Origin: Neocallimastix sp. 'constans'
Lineage: Eukaryota
Assembly: GCA_050613775.1 (NCBI GenBank)
Contig: JBODTK010000015.1
Span: 992,001 to 1,056,000 of the forward strand
Direction: 5' to 3'
DNA: 64,000 nt
The notes under the pieces were generated by a model, which ran no database searches, was not told the DNA's origin, and saw nothing but the letters and a program-made list of their open reading frames with translations. Positions 1 to 13,097 of this stretch are shown one piece after another; the first letter of the stretch is position 1, and the number at the start of each line of letters is the position of its first letter. Position numbers and translations under genes: made by a program.

Positions 1-49
<49 letters not shown>

Positions 50-366
50 ATATTATTTTTAAATTTGATTATTGTTATTTTTTTTATGTGTTCCAAAAAT
101 ATATATTTATAAAATTATATTATGACGAGAATTAACTATTTATTTATTTATTTATTAAATTGATTTGAATATAAATTTTAATTATAAATAATATATTATA
201 TATTATACTATTATAAAATTTTGATTATACTTTATATATAATATATTCAATAATGTTATTTAATGTATTCTATTAATATGTAATTATTTTTTATTTTATT
301 TTTAACTTTATTTTTTTTATTTTTGTTTTTTTTTTATTTTGTTTTGTTTTGCTTTTTTTTGTTTTG

Positions 367-407
<41 letters not shown>

Positions 408-459
408 TAATATTTTATTTTTGGGTTAATTTGATTGCTTGTTTGTTCATTCTGTTGGC

Positions 460-1622
460 TTAATCTAAATCTTCTAATATATTATTCAATGTATCATCTG
501 AATTGGATCGTTGATTTTGTGGATTCTTTTCTTCTGCATCATTTGTTGAGGTTGAGTGAGCATTAGGAGTAGCATCTGATGAGGAAGAAGAAGAATTATG
601 ATTTTCATTAGATGTACTATTATCGAAAATAAAAATAATAATAATAATAATAATAAATTTTTAATTAATATATTATATATAATATTAAAATATTTTTATT
701 TATTTATTTATTTTTTTTTAATATTTACATAACTTATTAAATAAGTTTTTTAAAAAATTTTTTTTTCCTTTTTACCTTTCTGAAGAATTTTCAGTAGTAT
801 TAGCACTGCTGTTTTCATTTTCATTTACATTGGCTTCATGTACATTTACATTGGTTTCACCTTCATTTACATTGGCTTCATCTTCATTTATTTCAACAAT
901 ATTCACTGAATTTTCTTGTTCTGTAGTTGCGGTATTAGTTTCTGTATGTGGAGTAGCATTGAAAGATTGGAAGAAGGAACTTAAATTACCTAAATTGCCT
1001 AATCCTAAGTTTCCTAATCCCAAACTAGACAAACCACCTAAACCACCTTCACTTAAATTATAAACATTAACATTAACATTTGGACCAAAGTCAAAGGAGG
1101 TCATTGGAATATTGAAACCACCAAAGGAACTACCGAAAGGATTAGCGCCAGTATTAGTGTTAGTATTGGTATTAGTATTGGTATTTGTACTTGTATTCGT
1201 ATTGGTATTCGTATTATCATTACCATTAGTATTAGTTTCATTTGATTCAGCCGGTTGTTCTGATGGAGCTGATTGATCATTTTGATGATTATCGGTTTCA
1301 GGTGTGCTTGTTGAAGTTGGTTGATTTTCAGAAATGCTTTCTCCAACATCATTCTCATTATTAGCTTCAACATGATTAACATTATCAGAATTTTCTTGAT
1401 TTTCATTATTAACATTTTCATTACCAGTATTGACATCTTCATGATGAGCTTCATTTATATTATTTTCAGCATTTTCAATATTTTCAGCATTTTCAGCATT
1501 TTCAGCATTTTCAGCATTTTCAGCATTTTCGGTATTTTCGGTATTTTCAGCATTATTATTATTGTTATTATTGTTACTTCTATTTCTTATTGTATTAGAT
1601 ATGTAATCAAAAATACCTATAA

Positions 1623-1659
<37 letters not shown>

Positions 1660-1747
1660 AAAAATTAAATAACATATAATAAAATTAAATATTTAATAAA
1701 ATATAAATTATTAATTCGTTATTCTATAATAATTATAATAATAATAG

Positions 1748-1786
<39 letters not shown>

Positions 1787-3350
1787 AAAGTTATAAAATA
1801 ATAATTTACTTGGTAATGTATTCAAATTTGGAATTTCTTGGTAATTAGCATTTTGACCACCAAATAAATTTCTAAAAGTAGTAGTATTAACATGTGGTTG
1901 GTTGTTATCGGAATAACGCCAACCACCGGGTTGATCATCTTGAACAGAATTACAATTTGGACACTTCATAAGACCTAATTTTTTTTTTTAAAAAAAAAAT
2001 AATAATAATTATTAATATTAATTATATGAAAAAGAAACATTGGTGATGTTTAAAAATAATAAAAATATAATTAATATTTTAAAAAATATTAATAAATGTA
2101 AAAAAGAATAAATATTTATAATAAAATTATATATATATATATATATATAAAATATATATTTTTAATTATTTTAAATAATTAATTATATATAAAAGAATAC
2201 TTTACCAATACTATTGAACCATGAACCAACACAAGACATATGGAATTCATGACCACAAACTAATCTAGTAAGAGCATGTTTCTTTTGATCCATTTCTTCA
2301 AGACAAATGGAACAAGTTTGTAATTCTTTACCTTCTGGATTATTGTAACTAGCATAATTATCTGGTACCTTAAATGGTTTAAATTCTGGTGATTTAGAAG
2401 GAACATGAGGGTAAGGGTGATCTCTTTCTAAGTCCTGTGGAATTGGTAAATCAATTGTTTGAACGGTTACTTCAATTCCAGGGTCATTTAAGAAGTTCAT
2501 ATTATTAAAGAAATTGAAACCATTTCCATTATTTGTATTCGAGGAGCTTGCACCATTAGCATTAGCATTGTTATTTGATTCTGTTGTATTTGCTTCAGCA
2601 TTATCATCAACATTATTATTTTCTACTGAAGCTGTAGCATTATCATGATTAGTATCTTCATTATTTTCAGTAGTTGTGGTGGTTTCAACATTATTTAAAT
2701 TTTCAGTTCCATTAACATCATTAACATTACCTCCTGTGGCTGTTGCTTCAGCAGTAGCAGGATTTTCATTAACTTGCTCATCTTCATCATCACTATCCAC
2801 TTCTTCAATAATAATGCCTTGTTGATTTTCATTATTAGTAGTAGTAGTAGTGTTTGATGTAGTATTTGTGGGAGTATTAGCATTGGATTGATTTACACCG
2901 GAGAAAGTATTACTTGAACGATTTCCTAAATTTGATAATATATCTCTAAAATTGGTTGAACCTGGATTTGTTACGGAAACAGGAATAGATATTGCAAATC
3001 CTCTGTTGAAAATTAATATCATTTAAAATTAAATTACATAGGAATGAATAAAAATTAATTTTTTTATCATTATAAATTTGTATTTCATAATACAATAATT
3101 ATTTTATTTTTTTTTATCCATTTTTATATTAAACAAATAAAATGAATTTTATTGATTTTTTAATTAAATTAATAATAATGTATAAATAAATTAATGTTGA
3201 TTAATAAATTATAAAAAAAGGTTAATTGATTAATTAAATGATTAATTGAATTAAATGAAATTTTGTATTGAATATTTTAGTTGTGGATGAGAATTAAATT
3301 TTTTTTATTATAAAATATTATTGTTTTTTTTTTTTTTTATGTAATATTTC

Positions 3351-3388
<38 letters not shown>

Positions 3389-4423
3389 TAAGAAATTTGT
3401 TTCAAATCAACATTGTAAATTTTGATGTAAAAAATTTATATTTTATATGTTACAAGATGATATAATAAAATAATAATTTTTATGGTTAATTATATAATAT
3501 TATAATATTAAAATATATGTATGTGAAAAAAAAAGTATATATATAATTTGATTTATTATTTAAATTTAAAAAGTACAAATATATATATAAAAGGATTATA
3601 TTAATTATTTTAACATACCTAACTTCATGATTTCCATTTTGAGGAATTTCAACATTATAAGCTCTATATAATAAATAAATAATTTATATTCATAAAAAAA
3701 AATGTTTTATAAGCATATTTTTGTTTTTTTATTTCAATTTAATTTTCGAAAAATAAATATAACAATTGTTTTTTTTTTTTCAGTGTAATATAAAGAATTT
3801 AAAATATTTTAAAAAAAAAAAAAAAAAATATTTTAAATTCTTTATATTACACTAAAAAAAAAACAATCTTTTTTCTTTTTTTTTTTTTTTCTTTTGATTA
3901 TATATATAATATAAAATATTTAATAATTTATTTTTTTTTTATTTTTTTATTTCTACCTTGGTGTTCCTGAAATATTTCCTACTCCTGATAAAGTATTTCT
4001 TAAAATTTCATTAATAATATTATTAAGATTACTAGCATTTGCACTTGTATATGTTTGTTGATTGGCAGTGAAACCACTTTGTTGATTAGTATTTGTGTTG
4101 TTAGCATTATTAGAATTTTCACTATTTTGATTTGGTTGTTCTGAGGATTCATTTCCTTCATCATCACTTGGTTCATCAACAGTAAATTCTGGTTCTTCCT
4201 CTTCAATTTCTTCATTTACTTCTTCTACTTCTTCTATATGTTCAACTTCTTGTTCAATAGTGGTTTCAACTGTTGTTGTAGTTGTAGTTTGATTTTCTGG
4301 ATCTTCAGAAGTGGTAGTGGTTGTATAAGTTTGAGTTGGTAAAGTAAATGAATAAGTGGTAGTACTTCTAATATTACCAGTTCCAGAATTATTTTCACTA
4401 TTATTATTGTTATTAGATTCCAT
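460..4423 (-). CDS. RING-H2 finger protein (probable E3 ubiquitin ligase), 6 exons, ~823 aa, mostly N/E/T-rich low complexity
   Basis: Exons 4423-3957, 3663-3619, 3002-2206, 1974-1810, 1616-776 and 616-460 join through GT-AG introns into a 2472-nt open frame. Splicing completes the RING-H2 motif CSIC-x15-CGHEFHMSC-x12-CPNC (2314-1952). The protein ends ...NNILEDLD*. Confidence 0.9.
1461..1552 (-). repeat. Coding 9-bp tandem repeat encoding (AEN/TEN)n in the RING protein
   Basis: ttttcagca / ttttcggta units repeated about 10 times inside exon 5. Confidence 0.9.
3765..3867. repeat. Intronic inverted repeat (hairpin) with a poly(A) loop
   Basis: 3782-3810 agtgtaatataaagaatttaaaatatttt is the exact reverse complement of 3825-3853. 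The flanking attgt(t)n / (a)ncaat extend the stem. Confidence 0.9.
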
Positions 4424-5886
4424 TTTTATTATATTTATGATTTATTTCTTTTTAAAATAACAATGAAAAGAAAAAAAAAAAAAAAAAAGGATAAAAAATT
4501 TTAAAAAGTATATAAATATATATATATATATTTTATTTTTTTTTTCCTTTTTTATTAAAATTACTTCTGATTAATAGATTGCAATTATTATTTTTAATTT
4601 TTTTTTTTTTAAACTTTTGTTATTTTATTAAAATTTAAAATATATATATATATATATTTTGTTGTTGTTTTTGTTTTGCTTTATTTAATTATTTAATTTA
4701 AATATTACTTTATTTTTAAAGATTAATTATTCTTAAGATTGAATTTTCCTTTATTGTATTATTTTTTTTTTTTTTTAATAATTTAATTGGATTAGTTTTG
4801 ATTATTAAAAGATAAACAATAAAATAAAAAATAAATAAGAAAAAAAATTTTTTAATATAAAATCAAATCCAATTAAATAATATATTGATATATTATATTG
4901 ATAATATATTGGTCTATTTATTGTTTACATGTAATATATTTTAATATAATGTAATATATTAGTTTAATTAAATTGAAATCAATGAAATAAATTTTAACAA
5001 ATTTAATTAATAATAAAAAAAATTTCTAAATGAATATTCAAAAAAAAAAAATAAAAAAATAATATACCATTCCAAAATAATATTTATGGAATGGTATTAA
5101 ACCAAAAAAAAAAAAAAAAAGAAAAAAAAATATTATATTAATATATGTAACATATATTAATATATATAGCATACTAAGCATAAATTTATGATTAATAATA
5201 ATAAAAATAAGTTTCAATTAATAATTTCTTTTTTTTTTTTTTTTTTTTTTTTTTTCAATAATATAAATGATAATAGAAGTCAAAATTATTCAAACTTATT
5301 TATATATAAATAAAAATGTTAAAGATTGGAAATTAAAATACAAGGAATAATTAATTTTTACTTGAAATAAAGATAATAAAATTAATCGTTCCTATTTTTG
5401 TAATTTTAAGTAATAATGAATGAATAAAATTATATGTCCTTTTTTTTTATCATTATTAAAATTATAATTTAAAATTATTAAATAATAGTTAATTTTATTT
5501 ATATATATTTATATCTATTAAATAATCATCAACTCTAATTATTTTTTTATGTATCTGGATCATATATAAAATGACCTTTTTTTATTAATTTTTATTATTA
5601 TATTAGTTACTTGAATAAAAAATATATATATATTAAATATTTAAACAAAATTTCTCATTCATTAATTATTTAAAGGTACAAAAATTTTATATTATGAATG
5701 AAGAATTATTTCAGAAATACAATAATTTTTTTTTATCAATATTTTTTTCATTTTATTAATTAAATTATGTGGTTAAACTATTCAGTTAAATTTATTATTA
5801 TTGATAGTGAATTAAATTTAAAAGATTATTTGGTTATTTTATTTATTAATAATAAAATTTATGTAAAATTATAGTTTTCGTTTTTA

Positions 5887-6026
5887 CTTATAAATATTTT
5901 TTTAAATTTTATTATTAATAAGTAAAAACGAACATAAATATTTTTTTAAATTTTATTATTAATAAGTAAAAATATTTATGTTCGTTTTTACTTATTAATA
6001 ATAAAATTTAAAAAAATATTTATAAG
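5887..6026. repeat. Perfect 59-bp inverted repeat with a 22-bp spacer
   Basis: 5887-5945 and 5968-6026 are exact reverse complements; the spacer is a direct copy of part of the left arm. Confidence 0.9.
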
Positions 6027-6340
6027 GTATAATATATATTTTAATAAAAATGTTAATATTAATATATAAATATATATATACAAACACATATTATAATGTT
6101 TTAATATTAATATATAAATATATATATACAAACTCATATAATAATGTTTTAAATATATAATTCCATGAAAATTCAAATTATCTAATTTATATTTACTTCT
6201 TGAATTGTAGAACTGCTTTATTTAAAATAAGCATAAAGTTAAAAATAATATTAATCAATGAACATTTTCAATAAAAGTTACACCATGAGAAAAAAAAATA
6301 TATATATATATATATAATATCATTAAAATATTTTAAAAGT

Positions 6341-6821
6341 GAGTGTTGCATTTCGGAACGAGTAGCTTTATTTGAATTGAATTGTGGCGTACTTAAATAA
6401 GTGTTTATGTAAGAGCGGCTTAAATTTTTACATAATTTTTCATTCGAAACGCGGCTTATATTATTTTTTATAAATTTTTATTTATGAATATAATATTTAA
6501 AACATTAAATAATATGGCACATATAATTTCTTTGAAAAAATAATTATTAAAAATATTTAAAATGTGATATATTTCAAAAAAATTGATGATTTACAAATAT
6601 ATATAATTCGCCATATTCTGAAAAATTTTTTTTTATTTATTAATTTATTCATTTATTTAATAATAATATATATATTAAATTATGAAATTATTATAAAATA
6701 AAATATTTATTTAATTATTATTTAATTATTTATTTATATAAAAAAATTTATATATAATACGCCATCTCAAAAAACATGTGGCTTATATCTTTCACGTGCG
6801 GTTCCGAAACGCGCTCTCCCC
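6341..6821. mobile_element. Possible non-autonomous DNA transposon (MITE-like) remnant
   Basis: GC-rich imperfect inverted ends: gagtgttgcatttcggaac (6341-6359) versus gttccgaaacgcgctctc (6801-6818). Internal gcggctt / cgccat motifs recur. No clear TSD. Confidence 0.4.
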
Positions 6822-7051
6822 ATAAATATTTAATAATAATATTTAATATTAAAGATATAATAAAAAAAAATGATTTTAAATTTATATTTTTTATTTTTAA
6901 TAGTTTGTTCTTTTGATTATTTTTTTTTTTTTACAATCTATTATTAATTTATTTAAGTTGATTTTTTATTATTTGTTTTATTTATTATTTAGTTATTTAT
7001 TTAATTCGTTTTTTTTTTTTTTTTTGATTATGCGAAAATTTTTTGATGCCT

Positions 7052-7082
<31 letters not shown>

Positions 7083-7269
7083 GTGTTAGAAAAAAAATAA
7101 CCCATTTTGTACTTATTTCTAGTTTTAAAAATTTATTTTTTATATTATTGAAAAAAATTAAATATATAATGCTTTAATTACGAATTAAATTTTTATTTAT
7201 TAGCTACATTCCGAAATGTAAAGTTCATTTATTTTAAAAATCTATATTATAATTTTTAACCCCATAGTT

Positions 7270-7366
7270 TGCCAAATCAAGACATATATTCTTTCACGAA
7301 TATTGCAGAAAAAAATATGCCAAATCAAGACATATATTCTTTCACGAATATTGCAGAAAAAAATAT
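7270..7366. repeat. Perfect 48-bp tandem duplication
   Basis: tgccaaatcaagacatatattctttcacgaatattgcagaaaaaaata occurs twice head-to-tail. Confidence 0.9.
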
Positions 7367-7650
7367 TCTTTCATAAATAATTTTATTATAGAAAGAAATA
7401 AATATATATATATATTATTATTAATTTTATTATAATTTTTATTTCTATTTTTTTTATTTTTTATTATTTTATTATTATTATTTTATTAATAGTTTAAAAT
7501 TAAATGTTAAAAATAATTATAAATAATTATAAATAATTTTTAAATTTAGTATTTATAAACAATTTCTTGATATAAATTAAAACATAAGGATAAAATGAAT
7601 ATTCTTTTTTTATATAATTAATTCATAGCTATTTAATGTACATTATTTAA

Positions 7651-9431
7651 TTAATATTCTTCTTCTTCAACATATTCAAGTAAAATATCTGTAGAGGTTT
7701 CTCTAGAATTGTTGGCGTAAACTTTATTCATCTCCTTTGGAACTGAACTGTAAATTTCTTGATTATCATCACCATTGTATTGAGTAAGGTATGGATCATC
7801 AGTAATACGGGAAGTAATTTTGGTACAGTCGTAGTTACCAATGTTTTCCTTTGGAAGAGCAGCAATGTCAGGATGTTCAATTGGACTGAAAGCAAGCATG
7901 AAGTCATTGGATGGAGCTGGTAATTGAAGATGGGGTTTTGGTTGTTCTTGTGGTTGTGGTACAGAAATGCTATCATTGGAGTTATTATTACTGGCAATAG
8001 CTCTTTCATTGTGGACGTTATAAACATCTAAATTTGGAATTGATTCTTTTCTATTTGGTGAGAAGATTTGGATGTGTGCAATATCACTAAAATCATTAAT
8101 TGGAATATTAATCTTAAGATGTTGTCCATCCTTAGTCTTAGCGTAGAGTTTCTTAGCAGTGCTACTATCATATTCATCAATTGGTTCACCAAAAATGTAA
8201 TTCTTTTTAGCAGATTTTCTACGAATGAGAAGTAAAGTAGCACCAGCAGCAACAGAAACAGCAACAGTACCAGCAATAGCACTAGATCCATTGTTAGTGG
8301 TTTCTTTAGTATTTTCTTCAGTCTTAGCTTCAGTTGGAATTGAAGCATGGGTTGGAGAAACCTTATTTACTTGAGGTCTTGTCTTAACAACAAGAACCTT
8401 CTTAATATCAGTAACAGTAACCTTCTTAACTATAACGGTACTCTTGATATTCTTCTTGGATGACTTAGTTGGAGTAGTCTTCTTTTCTTTAGCATCACCC
8501 CATGGGAATTCTTTTTCATGAACCTTCTTACTAAGAATCATATCAGTAGCCATTTCTGTAAATCTTTCCATAATATCATCAATACTCTTTTCACCACTAA
8601 TTTTTTGGAGTTCCTTTCTTTCAGAATCAGATAATTCTGGTTTGAATGGTCCTTTGAAAAGTTCTCCATCTTCTGAGAGAATAGCCCAGAAAATATTAGC
8701 CTTTCTTGAACCACTAATATCTTTTAAGGCCTTAATACTAAACATTACCTCCTCTGAACTACATTGTTTACATTCATCTCTGATAGCAGCCTTAACTATA
8801 AATTGCAAAAAAAAAAAAATTTTTTTGAAATTTTTTGGAATATTTATATAATAATATATAAATATGTATAAATTTTATATAAAAATTTAGCATGATCATA
8901 TGTTGATATTCATATAAAAAAAAAATGCATAAAATATATTAATATTATACACTATGGATTATTTTAATTCTTTCTAATTTATTTAAATAAATATTTAATT
9001 TTAATTCTTTCTAATTTATTTAAATAAATATTTACCAAGTCTGTATTTTCCCTTTGAGGCTGGATCAGCATTCATAGCAACAACATATTTATTACAACTC
9101 TTTTCAGCAAGTTTAGAAGGCTTTTTTTTTTTTTTTTTTTTTTAATTTTTATTATATATAAATTTATTAAAAAATAAATACATATATTATATAATTTAAT
9201 TTAAGAAAAATAAAATATATATTAGTATTGAAATTTAAAGGAATATTTATATTTTATTTTTAAACGTACAACTGAAGCATAGTAAAGCTTTTGATTTTTA
9301 TCTAATTTTTTTGTTTCACATAATGGTGAGGAACTAATAGTGAAGACATTTGCATTGTTTTTTTCAGTACTCTTGGAGTAAACAAGAGCAAGGTTTAATA
9401 ATAAACTTAAAATTAAAACGTTGAATTTCAT
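7651..9431 (-). CDS. Type I membrane protein: signal peptide, degenerate double-psi beta-barrel (RlpA/expansin D1-like) domain, K/T-rich stalk, TM helix, cytoplasmic tail; 3 exons, ~463 aa
   Basis: Exons 9431-9270, 9120-9036 and 8795-7651 join in frame (1392 nt). Signal peptide MKFNVLILSLLLNLALVYS. The pattern YYASV..SCNKNVV..VKAAIRDECKQC..VMFSIKALKDI..NIFW resembles DPBB (CG..v.v.D.C..C..lDLS..AF..l..W). TM helix SAIAGTVAVSVAAGATLLLI is followed by RRK. Confidence 0.8.
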
Positions 9432-11008
9432 TTTTATTATTTTTATTATTATTTTTAGAATTTATTTAAAAAAATAAAATTCGAATTATATTATATTATT
9501 TTATATTACAGAAGTTCGTTTTTTATATATATATATATAATAATTTTACAATAGTTCTAATTAAATTAATGTAATTTATATTACAGAAGTATATAATTAT
9601 TTTTTTTTATAAAACCACTAAATAATATTGAATTGCCTTTGAAACTATAATAAATTGTTATTTACAATTGCTGAAATTATAGTTTAGACAATTGATGAAA
9701 GTTCTAATATTATTTTGGGTATTTAAAGTTTTATTAAAAAGAAAGATTTATTCTCTAATAGATATAAATGATATTTATTCCTTACAATTTCTAATATAAT
9801 CTTTTTATGTTGAGTATAAAAAAAATAGAAGAAAAAAAAATGATGAAACATTAAATGATAAGTATTTATATTCAGCTATTTTTATCCTATTAAAATTTGT
9901 TTGTGTAATAAATAATAAATTTAATTATATCTTAAAAAGAATAATTATAGGGCCCGTTAATAAATTTTAATATGGTTTATTATGATATATTAATAATTAT
10001 TTATTAATAATTTATTTATTCGATATATTTTAATTAAATATTAAATAAAAATTATTAATAATTAGAGTTTCTTGGTTACAACAAATAATTTATTATTATA
10101 TAAATATTTCAAAATTAACATATTAATATATTTATATTTCAAAATTTTTATTTTAGTTACTATCACATATCACATAATTGATTAATTAATTAATTAATAA
10201 CAATAAATACTAAAAAAAAAAAAATGTGAAATAAAATTAGAAAAAAAAAAAAAAAATTATATAAATCCAAATAAATTGACTAGATTTTCAAAAGACTTAT
10301 AATTAATAAATTTATTGGCAAAATTAATTATGTACTATATTGTTTGCTAAATTAATTTATTGCTATTTTTTTTTTTTTTTGTAATTTTAAAACCAATATT
10401 ATTTACATATAATTATATATTTTTCTTTTTTTACAATTTTTCTTCACTATTTAATTTATTTTTTTTCATTTATTAATTTTAATTTTAATTTTTTTTTTTT
10501 TTTTTATTTTTATCTTTATTTTTATTTTAATCTTAATTTATAACATTCATTGAATTATATAAAAAAAGTTTATAATCTACCAATACTTTTATAACTTTAT
10601 AAATAAAACATAATAGATTATATTAAATTTAAGTAATCATATGCTGAATTGTTTTTCATACTTTAATACAAATATTTATGATATAAATTATAATAGTTAT
10701 TAAAACATTACAATAATTATAAATTAATATATTACATATAATTGTACTAAAATATAAATTATAAGATAAAATATCAATAGAAATAATGATATTAATTTTA
10801 GTTAAAACGATATTCTTAATAATAATAGAATAATAGAAATAGTTATAATCCCAGTTCTGATTTGTTATAAAGATAATAATAGAAATAATTCTAATATCAT
10901 TATATTTTAATAGAAGTTGTAGTATTATTTTTAAAAATAAAACAATAACAGTAGCTACAATTTCAATAGAAATAATCATTCTAATACTAATTATTTTTAT
11001 AATAGTTA

Positions 11009-11045
<37 letters not shown>

Positions 11046-11117
11046 TGTTTAATAGCTTAATAAAGTAATAATTGTTAATACCATATTTTTTTTAAAAAAA
11101 ATTATTTAAAAAATTTT

Positions 11118-11164
<47 letters not shown>

Positions 11165-11754
11165 AAAGGTATAACCTCATAATTGAAGATTATATAAAAA
11201 AAATATTCTCCAAAATTAGTATTTAGATAAAGCTAAAATGTATATTATAATTTTAAATTATATATATATATATAATTTAAAATTAAAATATACGTATTAT
11301 TTCATTTAGTTCTATAGAATTAATAAATAATATATATTATTTATTAAATTAATACATATGTTTTTTTCTTCTTATTTGAATATATATTAACTGAGGTATT
11401 GTGAAGTGGGAACATAACAAAGTTAATATTAATTGATTTAAGAACTTTCGATATTTTTTTATTAGAAATAATTCTATAAAACTTAAATATTATATCTGAT
11501 TAAGATATGAGCTAATTTTAAATTTAAAAGTTCCTTAGAGATTATTAGAATATCAAAGAAAGGTCATTCTTTTTAAATTATACAATATAGAATAACTCTT
11601 CAAAATTTTAAAAAATTAAAAAAGTATAATAAATATAATAATTACATTATATCTAATAAAGTTATAAGCTAAATAAATAACTTATTATTTTATTACTAAA
11701 AATTACATATAGAAGTAATTGCATCATAAATATATCCAATATTTGAAATTTTCT

Positions 11755-12046
11755 TAAGTTAAAATATATTACTAATGTAATTATTTTATTTTATTTTTTT
11801 TTATTTTTTCAAATTAATTTATTTTTACAGAATAATAATTTTCCAATGATTTTATTATTTTCATTTGATTATAGTTTTGATCAAAAAATGTTTCTCCATT
11901 AAAGAAGATTTTATTCAATAAATTAAATTATTTTAAAGTTTTTTTTTTTTTTTTTTTTTTTTCATTTTACAAATAAATTTTAAAATAGTGTATATATGAT
12001 GTTTAAAATGTGTTTTTCAAAGAATTATTAAGCAAAAAAGCAAAAA

Positions 12047-12093
<47 letters not shown>

Positions 12094-12535
12094 CTCATTA
12101 AATTTATAAAACTAGATAATAAGGCGTTTATTAAATATTTTCTCTATTTAAAATCAAAAGAATTATAATGAATTTTCAACATTTTAAATTTAATAATATT
12201 TTTAAAGTTTCATTTGCATATAATTGAAATTTTTATTTTTGGTGATAAGTTAAAATATATTACTAATGTAATTATTTTATTTTATTTTTTTTTATTTTTT
12301 CAAATTAATTTATTTTTACAGAATAATAATTTTCCAATGATTTTATTATTTTCATTTGATTATAGTTTTGATCAAAAAATGTTTCTCCATTAAAGAAGAT
12401 TTTATTCAATAAATTAAATTATTTTAAAGTTTTTTTTTTTTTTTTTTTTTTCATTTTACAAATAAATTTTAAAATAGTGTATATATGATGTTTAAAATGT
12501 GTTTTTCAAAGAATTATTAAGCAAAAAAGCAAAAA

Positions 12536-12572
<37 letters not shown>

Positions 12573-12723
12573 CTCATTAAATTTATAAAACTAGATAATA
12601 AGGCGTTTATTAAATATTTTCTCTATTTAAAATCAAAAGAATTATAATGAATTTTCAACATTTTAAATTTAATAATATTTTTAAAGTTTCATTTGCATAT
12701 AATTGAAATTTTTATTTTGGTGA
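11755..12723. repeat. Near-perfect ~0.49-kb tandem duplication
   Basis: 11755-12245 and 12246-12723 appear identical except for homopolymer lengths. Confidence 0.95.
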
Positions 12724-13066
12724 TATTATAAAAAAAAAAAAAGTTTAAAAATATTTAATGATTAAAAAAGTTTTAATAATAATAAGGAAACATTGATAAT
12801 TTAAAATTTAATTAAACATAATTTATATATAAATTGTTATTTTTTTTTTAAATATTATTTTATTATTATGGACAATAATAAGGAATCATTAATAATTCAA
12901 TTTAAAAAATTTAAAATTTAATTAATATAATTTATTGTTATCTTTTTAAAATTTTATTATGGACAATGAAAATTATTTATGATTTAAATAAAAAATATAA
13001 ACAATAAAATAAAAAATAAATGAATAATATATAATTTATAATTTAAATATATATAATAAATATTAA

Positions 13067-13097
<31 letters not shown>

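Noticed and set aside
830..1668. ORF-track entries 830-1063(+), 1101-1454(-), 1321-1668(+)
   Set aside because: Antisense or alternate-frame shadows of exon 5 of the RING gene.
10656..10979. 107-aa Ile-rich minus-strand ORF
   Set aside because: Composition is what AT-rich low-complexity DNA produces; no motif or splice support.
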